A DNA stretch of 64,000 nucleotides from Takakia lepidozioides. Taxonomy: Eukaryota; Plantae; Bryophyta. The stretch is taken from the NCBI GenBank assembly GCA_030704615.1, contig CM060734.1, positions 45,942,001-46,006,000 of the forward strand. Direction: 5' to 3'. The notes below the pieces were generated by a model. It was not told the DNA's origin. It saw only the letters and a program-made list of their open reading frames with translations, and did not search any database. Every line of letters starts with the position of its first letter. The first letter of the stretch is position 1. Positions 25,556-38,890 of the stretch are shown here, one piece after another. A program made the translations under genes and the position numbers.

Positions 25556-28202
25556 TGTGCCTTCGCTGTCGGTTCAACCCGAGAATACGACCGCGGCGCG
25601 AAGGAGAGCCAAATAGTCAGGGGGAGAGAGACACTAAAGACTTCACCACAGTACTTTGGGTAGCAAGAAGAGGGACAATCCTCAGAATGCAAGAGTAGAA
25701 GCAGAGGAGACAATAATCAGCAAAGCAACCCAACACCGTAATCTAATATGCCTTTAAGATACTTTGAACGACTAATTCGTTTAATAAACCCCAGGGGCTT
25801 ATCCCAGCAGAGCTTCCGATTTCTTCTCCTCCAACCTGCGGTCTATGAAGCCGACATGCGCTACAGCAACTGTGTAGCTCTCCCTCCCCTTCTCAGATTG
25901 CACTACTACAAGAAGGCTCACCGCACAGGCTACACATACCAAACAAGGAATCGGCACCCCTCCTCCAAGTTGCTAAACCCCTCCTTTTACCCCACCGCCG
26001 CCCTGTCCTCCCAATATCTTCAATGCACACACCAAGAAACCTGCAAGCGACGGCCACAAAGTGACACCTCCTTGCTCCACAGAACCACAGAACGGTACCC
26101 GCACCCTCTCACAGCCACCAAACAGAAAACCAGAGAAACCCGCCAATCCGTAGCTCTACTCTGTGCCCCTCTCCAACAACCGCGCAACTTAACCCTTCTC
26201 GCTCCCTCTCTGCCAGAACCGACCTGTACCTTACTCCACGATCTCCTGTATCCTGTACTTCGAATCCACCAAAGAGAAACAAAACCCAGATGAGCAACCG
26301 CCTGCTACTTCTCCTCCCCCAAACTACACACGAATGCTCACAAGTCAAATCGCCTTCCCTCTCTCCCCTCTCGCACCTCTCTCTCTCCCTCGCTCTCGTT
26401 GGACCCGAGAGACTGGAGAGAACGGTGCTGCATAAGCGAAGACGAAGACTATTATAGCCGCGCAGATCCTTCGGTGGGGCCTTTTCATCCGCTCATCAAC
26501 CCCCTCCTGCATAGATGAAGTCGTTATTCTCTGGATGGATGAATACGTACCATCCCGGAATGGACGACACAGAAACTATTGACGGGGGCAGCGGGCAGCC
26601 CATCACTGAATAATAGCTTCCTGTTACTCGGAGGGACGATTACGGGCCACGTGGATGGCTGGCATTGTCCCTGACGGCGCTTCCTATGCCTCTTTACTAC
26701 AACTTTACTGCTACTCTATTTATAAACTTTTTTTTAAGATTTTTTTTCACTATTTATAACTTCTCACTTTTCTCACTTAGTCTGATTGCAGGCTTGCTTC
26801 GTTTCTTCTTCTTTTTTTTTCCTTTTTTTTTCTTCTAAAGGGGAACAGAGGCCCTCTTACTTTCTTTTTTCTTAAAAAAAAGAAAAAGAAAAAGAAAAAC
26901 CCGGGGCTTTGTTTCAGCCCCAGGTTTCCTTTTCTGTGCTCCGATCCCATTCTTCTTCTTTTTTCCTTTTTTTTCTTTTTTTGGATCCCATTCTTTAAAA
27001 GAAAGTAGGGGCCCCTGTCCCCTGTTTTTAAGAAAACAAAAAGAACAAAACGAAAAAGCAAAAAAAAAAAAAAAAAAAAACTGTCCCATCTCTTCTCTGA
27101 TGGGTGTTCGGATGGGAAGATGAATGCAGGTTATTTTTTCATCTACCAGGGCACCGTCAGAAAAACGACAAAACAATGGGATTGTGAAAGGATGGATGAA
27201 TCCAGGTCTCACGCATTCGATAAACGACAACCAGGTTGATTACACTCAGTTATTTAAGAACCGTCCATGTTTCCCCTCCTCAAGGGCCTGAATTGTGAAC
27301 AGTCGCTCCCAGGTTTCCTTTCAAAAAAACAAAACAAAAAACAAAAAAACCGTCCAATTGAACTGTGATCCCCAATATTTCGGGTAGATCCTTCAGATAT
27401 GCCGCGGCTGGATCTGACGTTTCTAAATTTTCCTCAATTGTTTCAATAATTAAATTGTTGTTAAATTATTATCGTTAAGAGCTTTAATGGCATATTATCC
27501 ATTTTAGAGGAGGATTACCTCGCACAATCTAGCCAGAAGCAAGTTCAACACGAGGTTGGGTAGCATGTGAGCGTCGAAGCAAACTAGAATATTCTCAAAA
27601 TGCGAAACTACTGAAAATTTTGTGCTCCTGCCTAACTATCTTTTTTTCTTTCTTTTTTTATTTCCTGGTATTCTCTGTAATTATTTCACAAACTGTGTGT
27701 GCTCGAATGAGCACAGATTTTGAATTAGTTTGTATGGAAAATATTGCTATTTATAATTTTATAATATTAAACTCAATGTTTCATTGTTAAATATTTATGT
27801 TTTAGTTTTAGTTTAAATAGACTGATAGACCATGTGACTGACCCTATTAATGTAGCAATATTCTATGTCCGCACATGACTTCTCGTTCCGTTTGCAAACA
27901 TATCTCCCCTAACCATGGATGGTGCTCATGCTTGTTTTTTCCCCCTGTGCTCACGCCTTCTCTGCTCATGCTGTGCTCACGGGATACCAACCACTGTTCA
28001 ACTGCATGGGTTTGGTAGAAGCCTTTGCGCATGCGCACAGGCATGCTCACTTTGAGCATAAAAAAAATGGAGACTTGAGCACAAAACTTAGTAATGTTTT
28101 CACAGATGTGTACTATGTAAGACAGACATTGGATTCAAACACGCAAACAAGGCTGAGTTAGAGAGAGAGAGAGAAAACTCTAGCCGAAACCGGTGTAACT
28201 AA

Positions 28203-28685
28203 GAGCCGGGTTCCATGGGCACTCCCAAACTCCCCCCCCCCCCCAAGCAAGGGCCCCCAAGAGGGATTCGCCCCTTTAAAAATGAGAGGGGGTGGTTCCA
28301 TGGACAGGTTTCGTTCACCCCTCTAGAAATCTTTAGCACCAATTGATGTGGGCCCATGACATAGTAAATGACAATTAATAAAAGTTTGGATGAAAATGTC
28401 AAAAATCATTTCCTCTCTTAAAATCTAACTTACTTTGGATGGAAATCAATAGATTATGTAAGGCTGCTGGCAGCTGCAGGAAAAGACAAAGGTGTCAGTT
28501 AGGGCGCCGTGAAACTCGATCGACCCTTGTGAAAGGACGTCTTTTTGCGCCCCTTAGTAAGGGACGAATCCGTGGGGGCACCCCTTAGGGAATATGCTAT
28601 TTCGACCAATAGTGCCTCGTTAATCCTAGGGGCGATTCATGGGGGGCAAGGGGGGGCACTTGCAACTGCCCATAGAACCCGGCTC
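28203..28685. mobile_element. MITE, Tourist/PIF-Harbinger-like
   Basis: 19-bp TIR GAGCCGGGTTCCATGGGCA / TGCCCATAGAACCCGGCTC (1 mismatch); flanks TAA and CAA. Confidence 0.65.
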
Positions 28686-30046
28686 CAAGAGCCACCTCAT
28701 CTCACGGCTAATGCCCCCTTTCGGGGGTGGGCCCTATTAGGCTGAGTTACAATATACTTCTTAAAGGTGTAAGGAAAACAAATATCCCTGCTGAGGAACC
28801 ATGGAGGGTTATAAAGGAAACACCACCCCTCACTAGGAGAGAGCGAGGAGAGAAAGACATGAAGCGAGGTCGGGTAGCATATGAGTAGGCCACGTGAGCA
28901 TGAGTCTGCTCACGTGAGTAGAAGAGGATATACCGAAAATTCCACGAATATTCGTGAAAAGATGCCACGGCGAAACGAAAATGTGCAAATTGTGCTTGCG
29001 TGAGCACATTGCGCTCACGCCACGAGACTTGCGAGCACAAGCATGTCGAAGTTGAGGCAAAAGTTATATCCAGTAGGTGGCGTCTTCGGATCTTTATTGC
29101 TTCATAGTTTCGTATATGGTAAAGTGCAGTCGATGTTCGACGCAATCAGTAATACGCGAAACTAAAAACATCCCATTCTGTTTCGCCCACGAAAGCATAG
29201 GTTCCAAAATACAGCAATACCCACGTAGCAATTCGTCAGCGAAATGAAATAATCTTAAGTGGTCACTTCCCTCCAAAACCAAAAAATAATTTTTTTTTCG
29301 CCGACGAAAACATGATGAAAGATGCTCCTGATTACTATCAACTTAGCTGCAGTTCCAAGGAACTTTGCATTTGCCAAACCTCACAAACAAATAGGTACAA
29401 ACACTTTTAGTAACATTGGTTTCACAATTCCTAATGGATGACCAAAAAACAAACATTGCTCGAAGACCGTGGTCTCGACAAAAAGGAGCAGATAGGTACA
29501 AATTTCGTTGGGTTCTCATTATTTGAGATCAAAATATTCATACGGATAAGTTGTCGAAAATACTTCTAGAGAGGATTGCAATAATAGAATAAACAAGATA
29601 TGAGCTTCTTTCGTCTATATTCGTAGAGTAGAACTGTCAAGTTTCATCCATTGTCCTTGTAAGTTTAAGAGTAATGGCATCTACAATAATTGAACATTTG
29701 TTTTTCGAAAAGTTCAGTTCTTGTGGAGCTTCGGATCATCCATAACCAATATATAGTCTGGACAAACCATGAAGGCTCGTTTGGCCAGTGAAATGCCAGT
29801 GAATCAACCATATTTACAACTATCAGTATCCTAACCCCAAGCCATGTGCTCCAAGCTAATATAATTTATACTCTCGGATGGAAAGTGTAAAGTACAAGTC
29901 ACCCAGCAGATCTGACCAGATGCAAACTAAAATCCTCTAATCCCGGAAAAGATCGGAACTTGCGCAAAACAAAGGGTAGTAAGAGTCCAAATAATGGCTA
30001 TAACCACAAAATCAAGAAGTGAATGCAGTGGAGACCTAAATAATAC

Positions 30047-30645
30047 CTCATAAAACCTGGCCCCCTCGTGATTTGGAGATCCATCAGGGAACGTGTCCCC
30101 TACATTCTGTGCGAACACATCAACGAAGTTAAGCTGCCCTGCTGGAATATCCTCATCAATCGTCTTCTTGGTTTCAGTTTCCAAACCCGATAACATCACA
30201 AACACTAAGTCCGCATCCGCCTCCAGAGCACATAAGTTTCGCCCGGTAATCCGGGTGGCAATCATTGAAGCACCTACATTCATCGAGAAGAAACAAGATT
30301 GAGTAAAATGAAGATATATGAAGTATTTATGGATACACATACACATCTGCGTATACAGATTGGATACTTTAATTCTATACCTGTCCCGGCGGTGAAATCG
30401 ATCACACAACCCCCCACCGGTGAACAAGTCTCGATCAGTATGTGCATAAAGTTGGGGCTCCTTTCCTTGGAACCCTGCCAATATCCGCCACCACCCGTCC
30501 TCTTCTTCAAAAAATCAGTCGGGACGTGATTAAAGATAACATTATGAGTCACAAGGTCGTAAAGAGTGTCGACTTGAGATCCTCTCTCGGACAACTGAAA
30601 CTTGGACTTCGACTTTATCAAGCAAAAGGCCTGAAACATGCGCCA
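30047..30645 (-). pseudogene. N6A/N4C-type DNA methyltransferase C-terminal exons (motifs X, I, II)
   Basis: Exons 30645-30381 and 30273-30047: KERSPNFMHILIETCSPVGGCVIDFTAGT, intron, GASMIATRITGRNLCALEAD; homologous to 55916-55355 with the same intron position. Confidence 0.75.
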
Positions 30646-31352
30646 CTGCAAAATTGAACCAGGAACAAAAGTGATTGAGGATATAGGTCATCTAGAGAGG
30701 ACATGCCTAAATATTCTTATAAAACGCAAGGAATGGAGTCGCCAACGAATCTAATAGAGGATTAAACTAGAAGAGAATAATTGAAATAAAAGACGGCGAT
30801 AATATCAGCCGGAAAAAAATTTCGCTAGCGAATCAGAATACATCTCTATAACAAAGATAATACAAAACCTGGGGTCTGCAAAAAATGAACTTTGACAAGA
30901 GGAAATGTTTACAAACATTAATAGAGTTAGAATTAGTTTGATTTCGCAAGTGAATCAAAATGTTGAATAAAACACACAACTAATTATTTGGAATGATACT
31001 GATTTTGCAAACGAAACATACACCTCGGAAGGATCACTTTCAAACTCTCTGGAATGAGAAGGCATTCGAAATCGAGACAGAAAAATTTCAAGTAATCTCA
31101 AGTAAAAAGTATTTCGCCAGTGAAATAAAATCCTCATCAGGAAAACATTCGGGTTCTCTTGAATGGCAATGATTTCGCCAACGAAACAATATCCTCATCA
31201 AGAAAACATTCAAATTCTCTGGAATGACAATGATTTCACCAGGGAAAGAATCCATAATAGAAAACAAAACAGAGAAAATCCAGGTTCAATTTGGTTAAGG
31301 ACATACCAGACCTCCCCATGCCTCGGGAGTAGCTATGTTGTCATGTTCTCAG

Positions 31353-31679
31353 GTGCAATCTGTTCCACCACCTATTGACTTGGAGCATGTTGACCGTGAT
31401 TTCACTGAAGGTGATTATGAGTCTCTTTTGGCATTGGATGAGGGCATTGATGTTGGATACCGTGGCGTGGCATTAGAGATCATAGCTTCACGTCTTCCTT
31501 TGACTATGTATTCTCCATCACATCCTATGCCGGAAATCTGCTCTATCTGTTTTGAATCGTTCAGTTTCGGGGAGAAGTACCGAAAGCTGTTTGTTTGCAA
31601 TCACATATTTCACCAGGAGCGCATTGATAAATGGCTGCAAATTGTAGCTACCTACCCAGTTTGCAAGGATGAGCTGTAA
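31353..31679 (+). pseudogene. RING-H2 E3 ligase C-terminal fragment
   Basis: DRDFTEGDYESLLALDE..CSICFESF..CNHIFHQERIDKWL..YPVCK; two Zn ligands substituted. Confidence 0.75.
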
Positions 31680-33309
31680 AATTAGGTGCTCAAAAGACTT
31701 TAAGAGATTGGGTACAATGTTAGAAACTGTTTTTTAATAATGTACCTACTTTAGCACAAGTCAAGAATTTTGGAATAACTCCAACGTGTTTAAATTCGCT
31801 AGTGAAACACTAAGAGCATGGCATCTGTATTGTTGAGCATCTCCATCATGGGCCCGATCAAGTGAGATTGCTCTTGATGCTCTAGCATTGACGTTTTGTT
31901 TTATCTCCATGTGTTGTGAAGCTCTAATATAACTGAAATTAGAAATCAATCCCACTTCATTGCCTTAAATGGGTGAAGAACCATCTTTCTCTTCCACTCT
32001 GCTTTGTAGAAAGTGGGTCTCAGACGGCTATGAATAGCAAAGACGTAACACGGGCAAAGCCCAAGAAACCTGGGAAGGCTGTAATATCAAGCAGCCATGT
32101 AGAACGAAGAGCACCAATAAAACAACTCTTGCACAATTGCACCAGGCAGTTAATATACTTTCAGACAATAGGATTTTTAAGCTTGCACCATGATAGAACT
32201 CATATCATCTTTTCTCTTTCTCTATCACTGTGTATTATGAGAGTAGTCCTGGATTGTAGTCCTGGCTCTTGTTGTCTTACATCGACACTCGACCTATAGC
32301 CATAGCATTGCTGGTTGTTGCCAGAACCATAAGTAGGTTGCATTTTTAAAGTTCATTGGAGTGTACCATGATGCAAGCCTCCATCCAATGCACAAAACAA
32401 GCTCCCATACCTGGTGTGTTAGAACAGTTCCAGGAGAACATCCAGTGGGGCTAAGCGTATGGCCTCGACATTCACAATGAGTGCATATGTTAAAACTATT
32501 GTTTCTTAGATTTCATGCCAGCTTCCATTTCAATGACTTTGACTGTTTGCTTTAACATATTCTCTAAGGTTAACCTCACAGATAGAGGGAGCATAGACCA
32601 AATCTGCTGCATTTGTTGCTCCGAAAAGTATCTTCTGGTGAGCCGTCAGTCAAGCATTGTATATCGTTGGAGTCTGCCATTGCTCACCCTGGAGACAAAT
32701 GATATCCTTAAATTAAGTCCTCGAAACCTTTTGCCCTCGAAACCATTGAATAATGACGTTCTCAACGATACCTTCATTTTTTCGTAGGCGAAAAGCAATA
32801 CATTTTCTTATTTCACTGGCGAATCCCGTTGTTTGCCTCATTTTTCAACGTTGGTGGGGATATTTCATTCCTCAAGAATTCTTTTTTTGTCATGTTCAAT
32901 TGTCTTCTAACGTCCTACTTCTTTATTTTTCTTAATTTCCAAAGCCTTCAATTTCTTCGATTCGATTAATGCCTTTTGCCTTTCCGTTTCAGCCTCAGCA
33001 GGATTATTGGTTGAATCAATCTAAACCCTTCATAACCTTCCGTGTAACCGGAGAGGCTAGTCATTCCCTGCAGCTAGTTATGTCAAGTAACATGTCGAAG
33101 CCTTTGGTTACCCTTTCATTATTTTGGTGGCGAATCCCTTTGTTTGCCTCATTATATGAAGTCGTTAAATGATTGATTGTTTTTTTGGTATCATGAATGG
33201 TGTTGGTTATTATGAGTTTGTTGTTCCCAGTGTGTGTTTAGGGTAGGATACCATACCTATACATAGTTGGAACTTGGAGCTAAAATATCGTGTGTAGGTT
33301 GGCTTCAAA

Positions 33310-34606
33310 TATGGCTCGAACGAAAAACACAACGCGTGTTGTACATCCAGAAAATCCTCCAACGCGTCTTTTGCCTACAAGATTTCCAGAACCAAATCGT
33401 CCTGATAGACGACAAAGATTGCGGAATGATGTAAGTTTGGAATTTGTGGATCATGGGTTTTATGTGGCCCCTTTACAAAAACAAGGACATTCACAGACAC
33501 CGTCTGCAGGATTATATGTGACAATTGATCCACTGACAGATCTCTTACGACTACACGACGCACAATTGTTGGGCATACTGAGAGGGACAACTTGAAGCAG
33601 GAAAACGGATGACACGTCATTCAAAGCTAAGGTACAGTTAGTGTATACAAGGGATGAGCCGAACATGTACAAGCTGCAAAAACAATGTTTGTGTCGATCA
33701 ATACCGTCTGTACTTCTTGAAAGGCCAAACCCCATGAAAGATCTTCAATACCCTTGTGAAATGGTGGAGTGCACTTGATGAGGATGAGCGAACTCATACA
33801 GAACAACGATCGATCTTAGCGATGGAAAAACCTCTAGAGGCGAGAGTTCGAGATAGAACTCAAAGGGATGAAGTATTACGACGACGGGAACGAACAAGGG
33901 TTGCGGAAGCTAATACACCTGCACAACAACCACCACGAAGGGCCCCTGCCACAATCGAGAATCCCGAAAAAAAGTTCAAGAGTACAGAGATCGTGCCTTC
34001 CCAGTATCCAATCCACGTGGATCTAGTTGTGCGGACACCTACTCCAATTGGACAAAGAGGAACGAGATCGGGAATGCACCACCAGATCTTGAACCTAAAT
34101 GTTACCCAATGGGTCCAGATGAAGAGGAGGAGAATGAGCAAATGGACGTTTCCACCCATGTCGCAAAGGGTTAGAATGCCTACAATGATGGATTTTGGAG
34201 GAAACATAGATGAATGTTGGGGCAAGGATATCTCTGGGGCAGGGAATTTCAGTTTTCAGTTCAGATGAAGATGATGAGGGACGTATACACACCAACAACT
34301 AACCAACAAGTTTTTAATATTGAGAATGCGAGAAATGTATACACTATGCTCTGCAACCCTACTATTGATGTATGTGCAATGACATTGCGCCCGATTACTT
34401 TTGATGATGGATCAAGGGTTCAACCAGTCTTATTTGCAGGAAAGAAAGCCCGAAAAGTGTTTCAACAAACATGGGAGAAATTTAAAGAGTCTCCATCAAC
34501 AGCAGGATTGGATGAGTCGGAAAGAAAACAACAATTTTTGCAGTCTATAAGGTGGGAGCCAGTGGATGGACAACACGTGAGAGCAGCATGTACAGAGGTC
34601 GCATTG
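33310..34606 (+). pseudogene. Degraded gene ending in a possible ParB/DGQHR-like motif, truncated by a gypsy fragment
   Basis: Several broken ORFs; the last reads ..QFLQSIRWEPVDGQHVRAAC just before the RT junction. Confidence 0.35.
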
Positions 34607-37352
34607 CTCCTGCAGAGTTTCAGAGGGTCATGGATAGGATTCTTGCGGGGCTAGACTTTTCTCGGTGCTACATTGATGACATCATCATCTTTAGTGCCAC
34701 GATTGAGGAGCACGAGAGACACCTTCAGATGGTGTTTGAGCGCTTGAGAGCGCATGGGTTGAAATTGCACCCTGGGAAGTGCAAGTTCTTCCACAACCAG
34801 ATTGAGTATCTGGGCCACATGATATACCCTAGAGGATTGGGTGTTCAAAAGACGAAGGTGGAGGCCATTGCACGCATTCCACGCCCCATCGATGTTAGCA
34901 GAGTTCGTGCTTTCATGGGGTTGACAAACTACTATCGACGGTTTGTCAAGGGATTTAGCAGCATTGCAAAGGGTTGACCAATGTGGGTCAGGAGTGGCAG
35001 TGGGAGGAGGAGCAGGAGGAAGCCTTTGAGGAACTCAAGGCTCAATTGACTTCTGCGCCTATTCTGAGGCGGCATATTCGGGGGCGGTCTTTCCAGCTAC
35101 ATACGGATTGGAGTATGCTGGGGATTGGAGCAGTGCTCACACATGTGGATGATGAGGGAAGAGAGTTCGTAGTGGTATATGCTAGTCGCTCGAACAATGA
35201 TGCCGAGGCGAAGTATAGTTCAATGAAGGGGAGTGTCTAGCTGCAGTATGGGCAGTGGCACATTTTAGATGTTACCTCTATGGCAATTTTTTCACCCTTG
35301 TCACGGATCACCAACCATTGAAGTGGTTGATGGAGTCAGACAAACTTACAGGGAAGCTTGCACGGTGGGCACTTATGCTTCAAGAGTACGACTTCCAGGT
35401 GATGCATCGAGCCGGAATAGTCAACCGGGATGCGGATGGATTGAGTCGCAATCCATGCACAAGTGAGCTTGATGATACAGGAGCTCGTTGGCATGGTGAG
35501 ACGGACGAGGAGATGGTCCCATGATGGCACGCATCTACATTTTTATGCACTCTAGCAATGGGAGCGCAAGTTGGTCTATCCCATGCAATTGGTCATAGAG
35601 ATAATGTGCATGACAATCCAGAGATCAGTGAGGAGCTTGGTGGTGCTAAGGATATACATGAAGATGCAGCAGTGTTGGCCTACCTTCGTACTAGAGAGAC
35701 AACGGCCAGTGTGACTGCTAAGGAAAGAGATCGGATCCTACAACGAGCCAAGAGGTTCAAGTGGGAGGGGACTCACCTACTCCGAGTATGGGAGGATGGA
35801 TGAGTGAGGATTGTGCCTCATCCAATACAAGGAGCGCGATTGGTACGCCATGTCCATGAGGAGTTGGGACATTTTGGGGTGCGACGCACTCATAGTTTGC
35901 TGCAATGACAGTATTGGTGGCGGGGCATGCACACGGAGGTGCAATAGTTAGTGCATGGTGTGTGATAGAGTGCGGGCATTCTTTCAATGCACCTACTCCA
36001 CAATTGCATCTTTTAACCATATAGGGTTTAGGCTATCGTTGAAGTCTTGACTTCGCAGGCCCATTGTCACTAACGATTCGCCATAACAAGTATATGCTGG
36101 TGAAGGTGGAACATTTCTCCAAATAGATTGAAGTGGTGGCATTGTCTGACAAGGCAAGTGAGGGGGTTGCGTATGCATTCTTAGATCGAGTGCTTAGCCA
36201 ATTTGGTGTTCCAGCGGAGGTACTCACGGACCAAATGAGAGAGTTCTTGGGGGAGTTTCAGGCTTTGTGTGAGCAAGCCTTGATAGATCACCGCACTACT
36301 TCTCGGGGTCATTCCGAGGCTGATGGCTTGGCCGAGAGGGTTGTGCAAACAGTCAAGCGAGGCTTACGCAAGTATGGCTTGCAGAAGGGACACTTGGGAG
36401 ATTGGGACCTTCAGCTACCTTGGTTGGTCATGGGTTACAGGTTTAGCAAACAAGCATCACTTGCCTCGTTCTCGCCTTATTTCCTTCTCTTTGGCCAAGA
36501 GCCGGATTTGTCTACATCTATTCGCAAAGAGACTGCAGTAGTCCTCAACCTTGATGATCCGGATGTGTGGACACAAGCATGTGCCCAACGGGCAGAGTTG
36601 TTCAAGAGAGTCATGCCTATGGCTTTTGAGAACCTTGCTATTGCCCAACACCGAGACACATTGAGGTACGCCACTATATGTGGAGGGGATATTGGCCAGG
36701 TGTTCGGTGTTTCCATCCTGGGGACTATGTGTATCTGCAGCAGACAGCGCCTATGACCTTGGATGTCACAGCAGGTCGTGTGATTCTAAGGGTCCGGGAG
36801 GTGTTGCCTTCAGGAGTGTTGATTCTGGAGGGTCGAGATGGCATGGTATGGAAGGACCATATGCGCAATTGTGCGCCATGTCACCTTCCACACATGTGGA
36901 TGGGAAGATAGATCCCAACCTTGCAGTGGTACCTGCAGGGTTGCGTTGCATGCTATGTGGGCATGCTGGGAGTGCCGCGACCATGTTGGTGTGTGACAAA
37001 TGCTTAAGGGGGTGGCACATGGGATGCTTGACACTGCCACTTGAGGAGGTTCCTAGTGGAGAATGGTTGTGTCCACGATGCTTTGGACAGAGGCAGTGGG
37101 GCATGACAGTGGCAAGGTTGACAAGTGATCCAAGGTCTAGCTAACGGGAGTTCGATGCCATAGACACCCAATTGAAGCCGTGGATTGCAGGAAGGCGAGT
37201 AACGATGGGGCTACTTTTGCACTCGGCCTCTTGATCTATTGACTTCAGATAGTGGGACTTGGGCGATTGATGACCAAGCGATGATCTTATTGGGATGGAT
37301 ACTTGTCAGCTATCTGGTGTTAGAGGGACCTAATCACCGGCTAGGGGGCGAT
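34607..37352 (+). mobile_element. 5'-truncated Ty3/gypsy pol (RT, RNase H, integrase) with C-terminal PHD finger
   Basis: APAEFQRVMD..YIDDIIIFS; LHTDWS; LVTDHQPLKWL; RFGVP-like EVLTDQ; CMLC..MLVCDKC..WHMGCL..VPSGEWLCPRC; PPT-like AGGGGGCGAT before 37353; many stops. Confidence 0.92.
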
Positions 37353-37947
37353 TGTGATATAGCTTTCTAGGATTGTATGCTTAGATTGTGTGGTGGACAA
37401 CGATGTATGTTGTGGCACTATGCTTAAGTGCACGACAGCTGTCATGGTTTTAGTCATGGTTATCTAGAATTACCTACTTCTAGTTAACTAGGGCATTTTA
37501 GATATCTATATTTATATTTTGTGTGTTGGGACTTCATTGGGTCTCACATGCCAAGTGAGGTGTCGAGCCTCACTTGGGACATGGGGATAGGTTTTCCCCT
37601 TGTGAGGATGGAGGAGGCTCATCTTCTTGTTGTTGAGCCTCCATGAGCCTCTCTCACCTTCATAGCTCTAGGTATTGAGAATGAGTGTGTTGAGGGCTTT
37701 GTAAGGTGGATTCCTTAAGCAAAGGTGCCCTTGGCTTGACTTAGTGTATGTGATAGGGTGGATTTCACTTGGAAGGACTAAGGCTTGTTCTTAGTGTGAT
37801 TGCTTCATGCTTGGAGATCTTTCATTGTCTTCCATTTCTCTCATTTCTCATCTCTTATTTATTGTGGTATAGCTTTCTAGGATTGTGTGCTTAGATTGTG
37901 TGGTGGACAGCGATGTATGTTGTGGCACGATGCTTAAGTGCACGACA
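37353..37947 (+). repeat. 3' LTR with 85-bp direct repeats at both ends
   Basis: Follows the PPT; TG..CA; 37353-37437 is nearly identical to 37863-37947. Confidence 0.7.
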
Positions 37948-37949
37948 AA

Positions 37950-38890
37950 CATGACAATTCACCCCAAAAATCAAAAATCAAAATCAAAATAAAATAACAG
38001 CCTTGGCGAGGAGCCATTTTCGTAGAGGGAAACAGGCTCGACATTAAGGTGGCGTCAACGCCACCTTAATTCCCAGCCCCTGTTAGAGCTTAATTCCAGC
38101 CCATAAGACCAACCAGATTAAGGTGGCAGGTGAATTGTCATGTTCCAATAGGGGCTGGGAATTAAGGTGTCGGTTAGAGCTTAATTCCAGCCCAGAAGAC
38201 CAACCAGATTAAGGTGGCAGGTGAAATGTCATGTTCCAATAGGGGCTGGGAATTAAGGTGTCGGTTAGAGCTTAATTCCAGCCCAGAAGACCAACCAGAT
38301 TAAGGTGGCAGGTGAATTGTCATGTTCCAACAGGGGCTGGGAATTAAGGTGTCGGTTAGAGCTTAATTCCAACCCAGAAGACCAACCAGATTAAGGTGGC
38401 AGGTGAATTGTCATGTTCCAACAGGGGCTGGGAATTAAGGTGTCATTGACGACACCTTAATCTAGCACATTCGGAGAAGAAAAATAAATAAAAATAAAAA
38501 TAAAAATCTGTCTGTTAGAGCTTAATTCCAGCCTAGAAGACCAACCAGATTAAGGTGGCAGGTGAATTGTCATGTTCCAAAATCAGTTTTATTTATTTAT
38601 TTATTTAATTTTAGGCCCTCTTTGAATGTGCCAGATTAAGGTGTCGTCACGACACCTTAATTCCCAGTCCCTGTTGGAACATTACAATTCACCCCAAAAA
38701 CAAAACAAAAAAAAACTAAAAACTAAATAAAAGCCTTGGCGAGCAACCATGTTCGTAGAGGGAAACAGGCTCGGCATTAAGGTGGCGTCAACGCCACCTT
38801 AATTCCCAGCCCCTGTTGGAGCTTAATTCCAGCCCAGAAGACCAGCCAGATTAAGGTGGCGTCAAGGTGGCGTCAACGCCACCTTAATCT
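37950..38890. repeat. 91-bp tandem repeat and palindrome array (ATTAAGGTGGCGT-NN-ACGCCACCTTAAT)
   Basis: Unit anchors at 38082, 38173, 38264, 38355; palindromes at about 38043, 38434, 38635, 38776, 38850. Confidence 0.88.

Noticed and set aside
25560-26420. FAD2 5' UTR intron and ORF 25748-26293
   Set aside because: An intron is plausible from family knowledge but splice sites cannot be fixed by eye; the ORF is antisense low-complexity UTR or promoter sequence.
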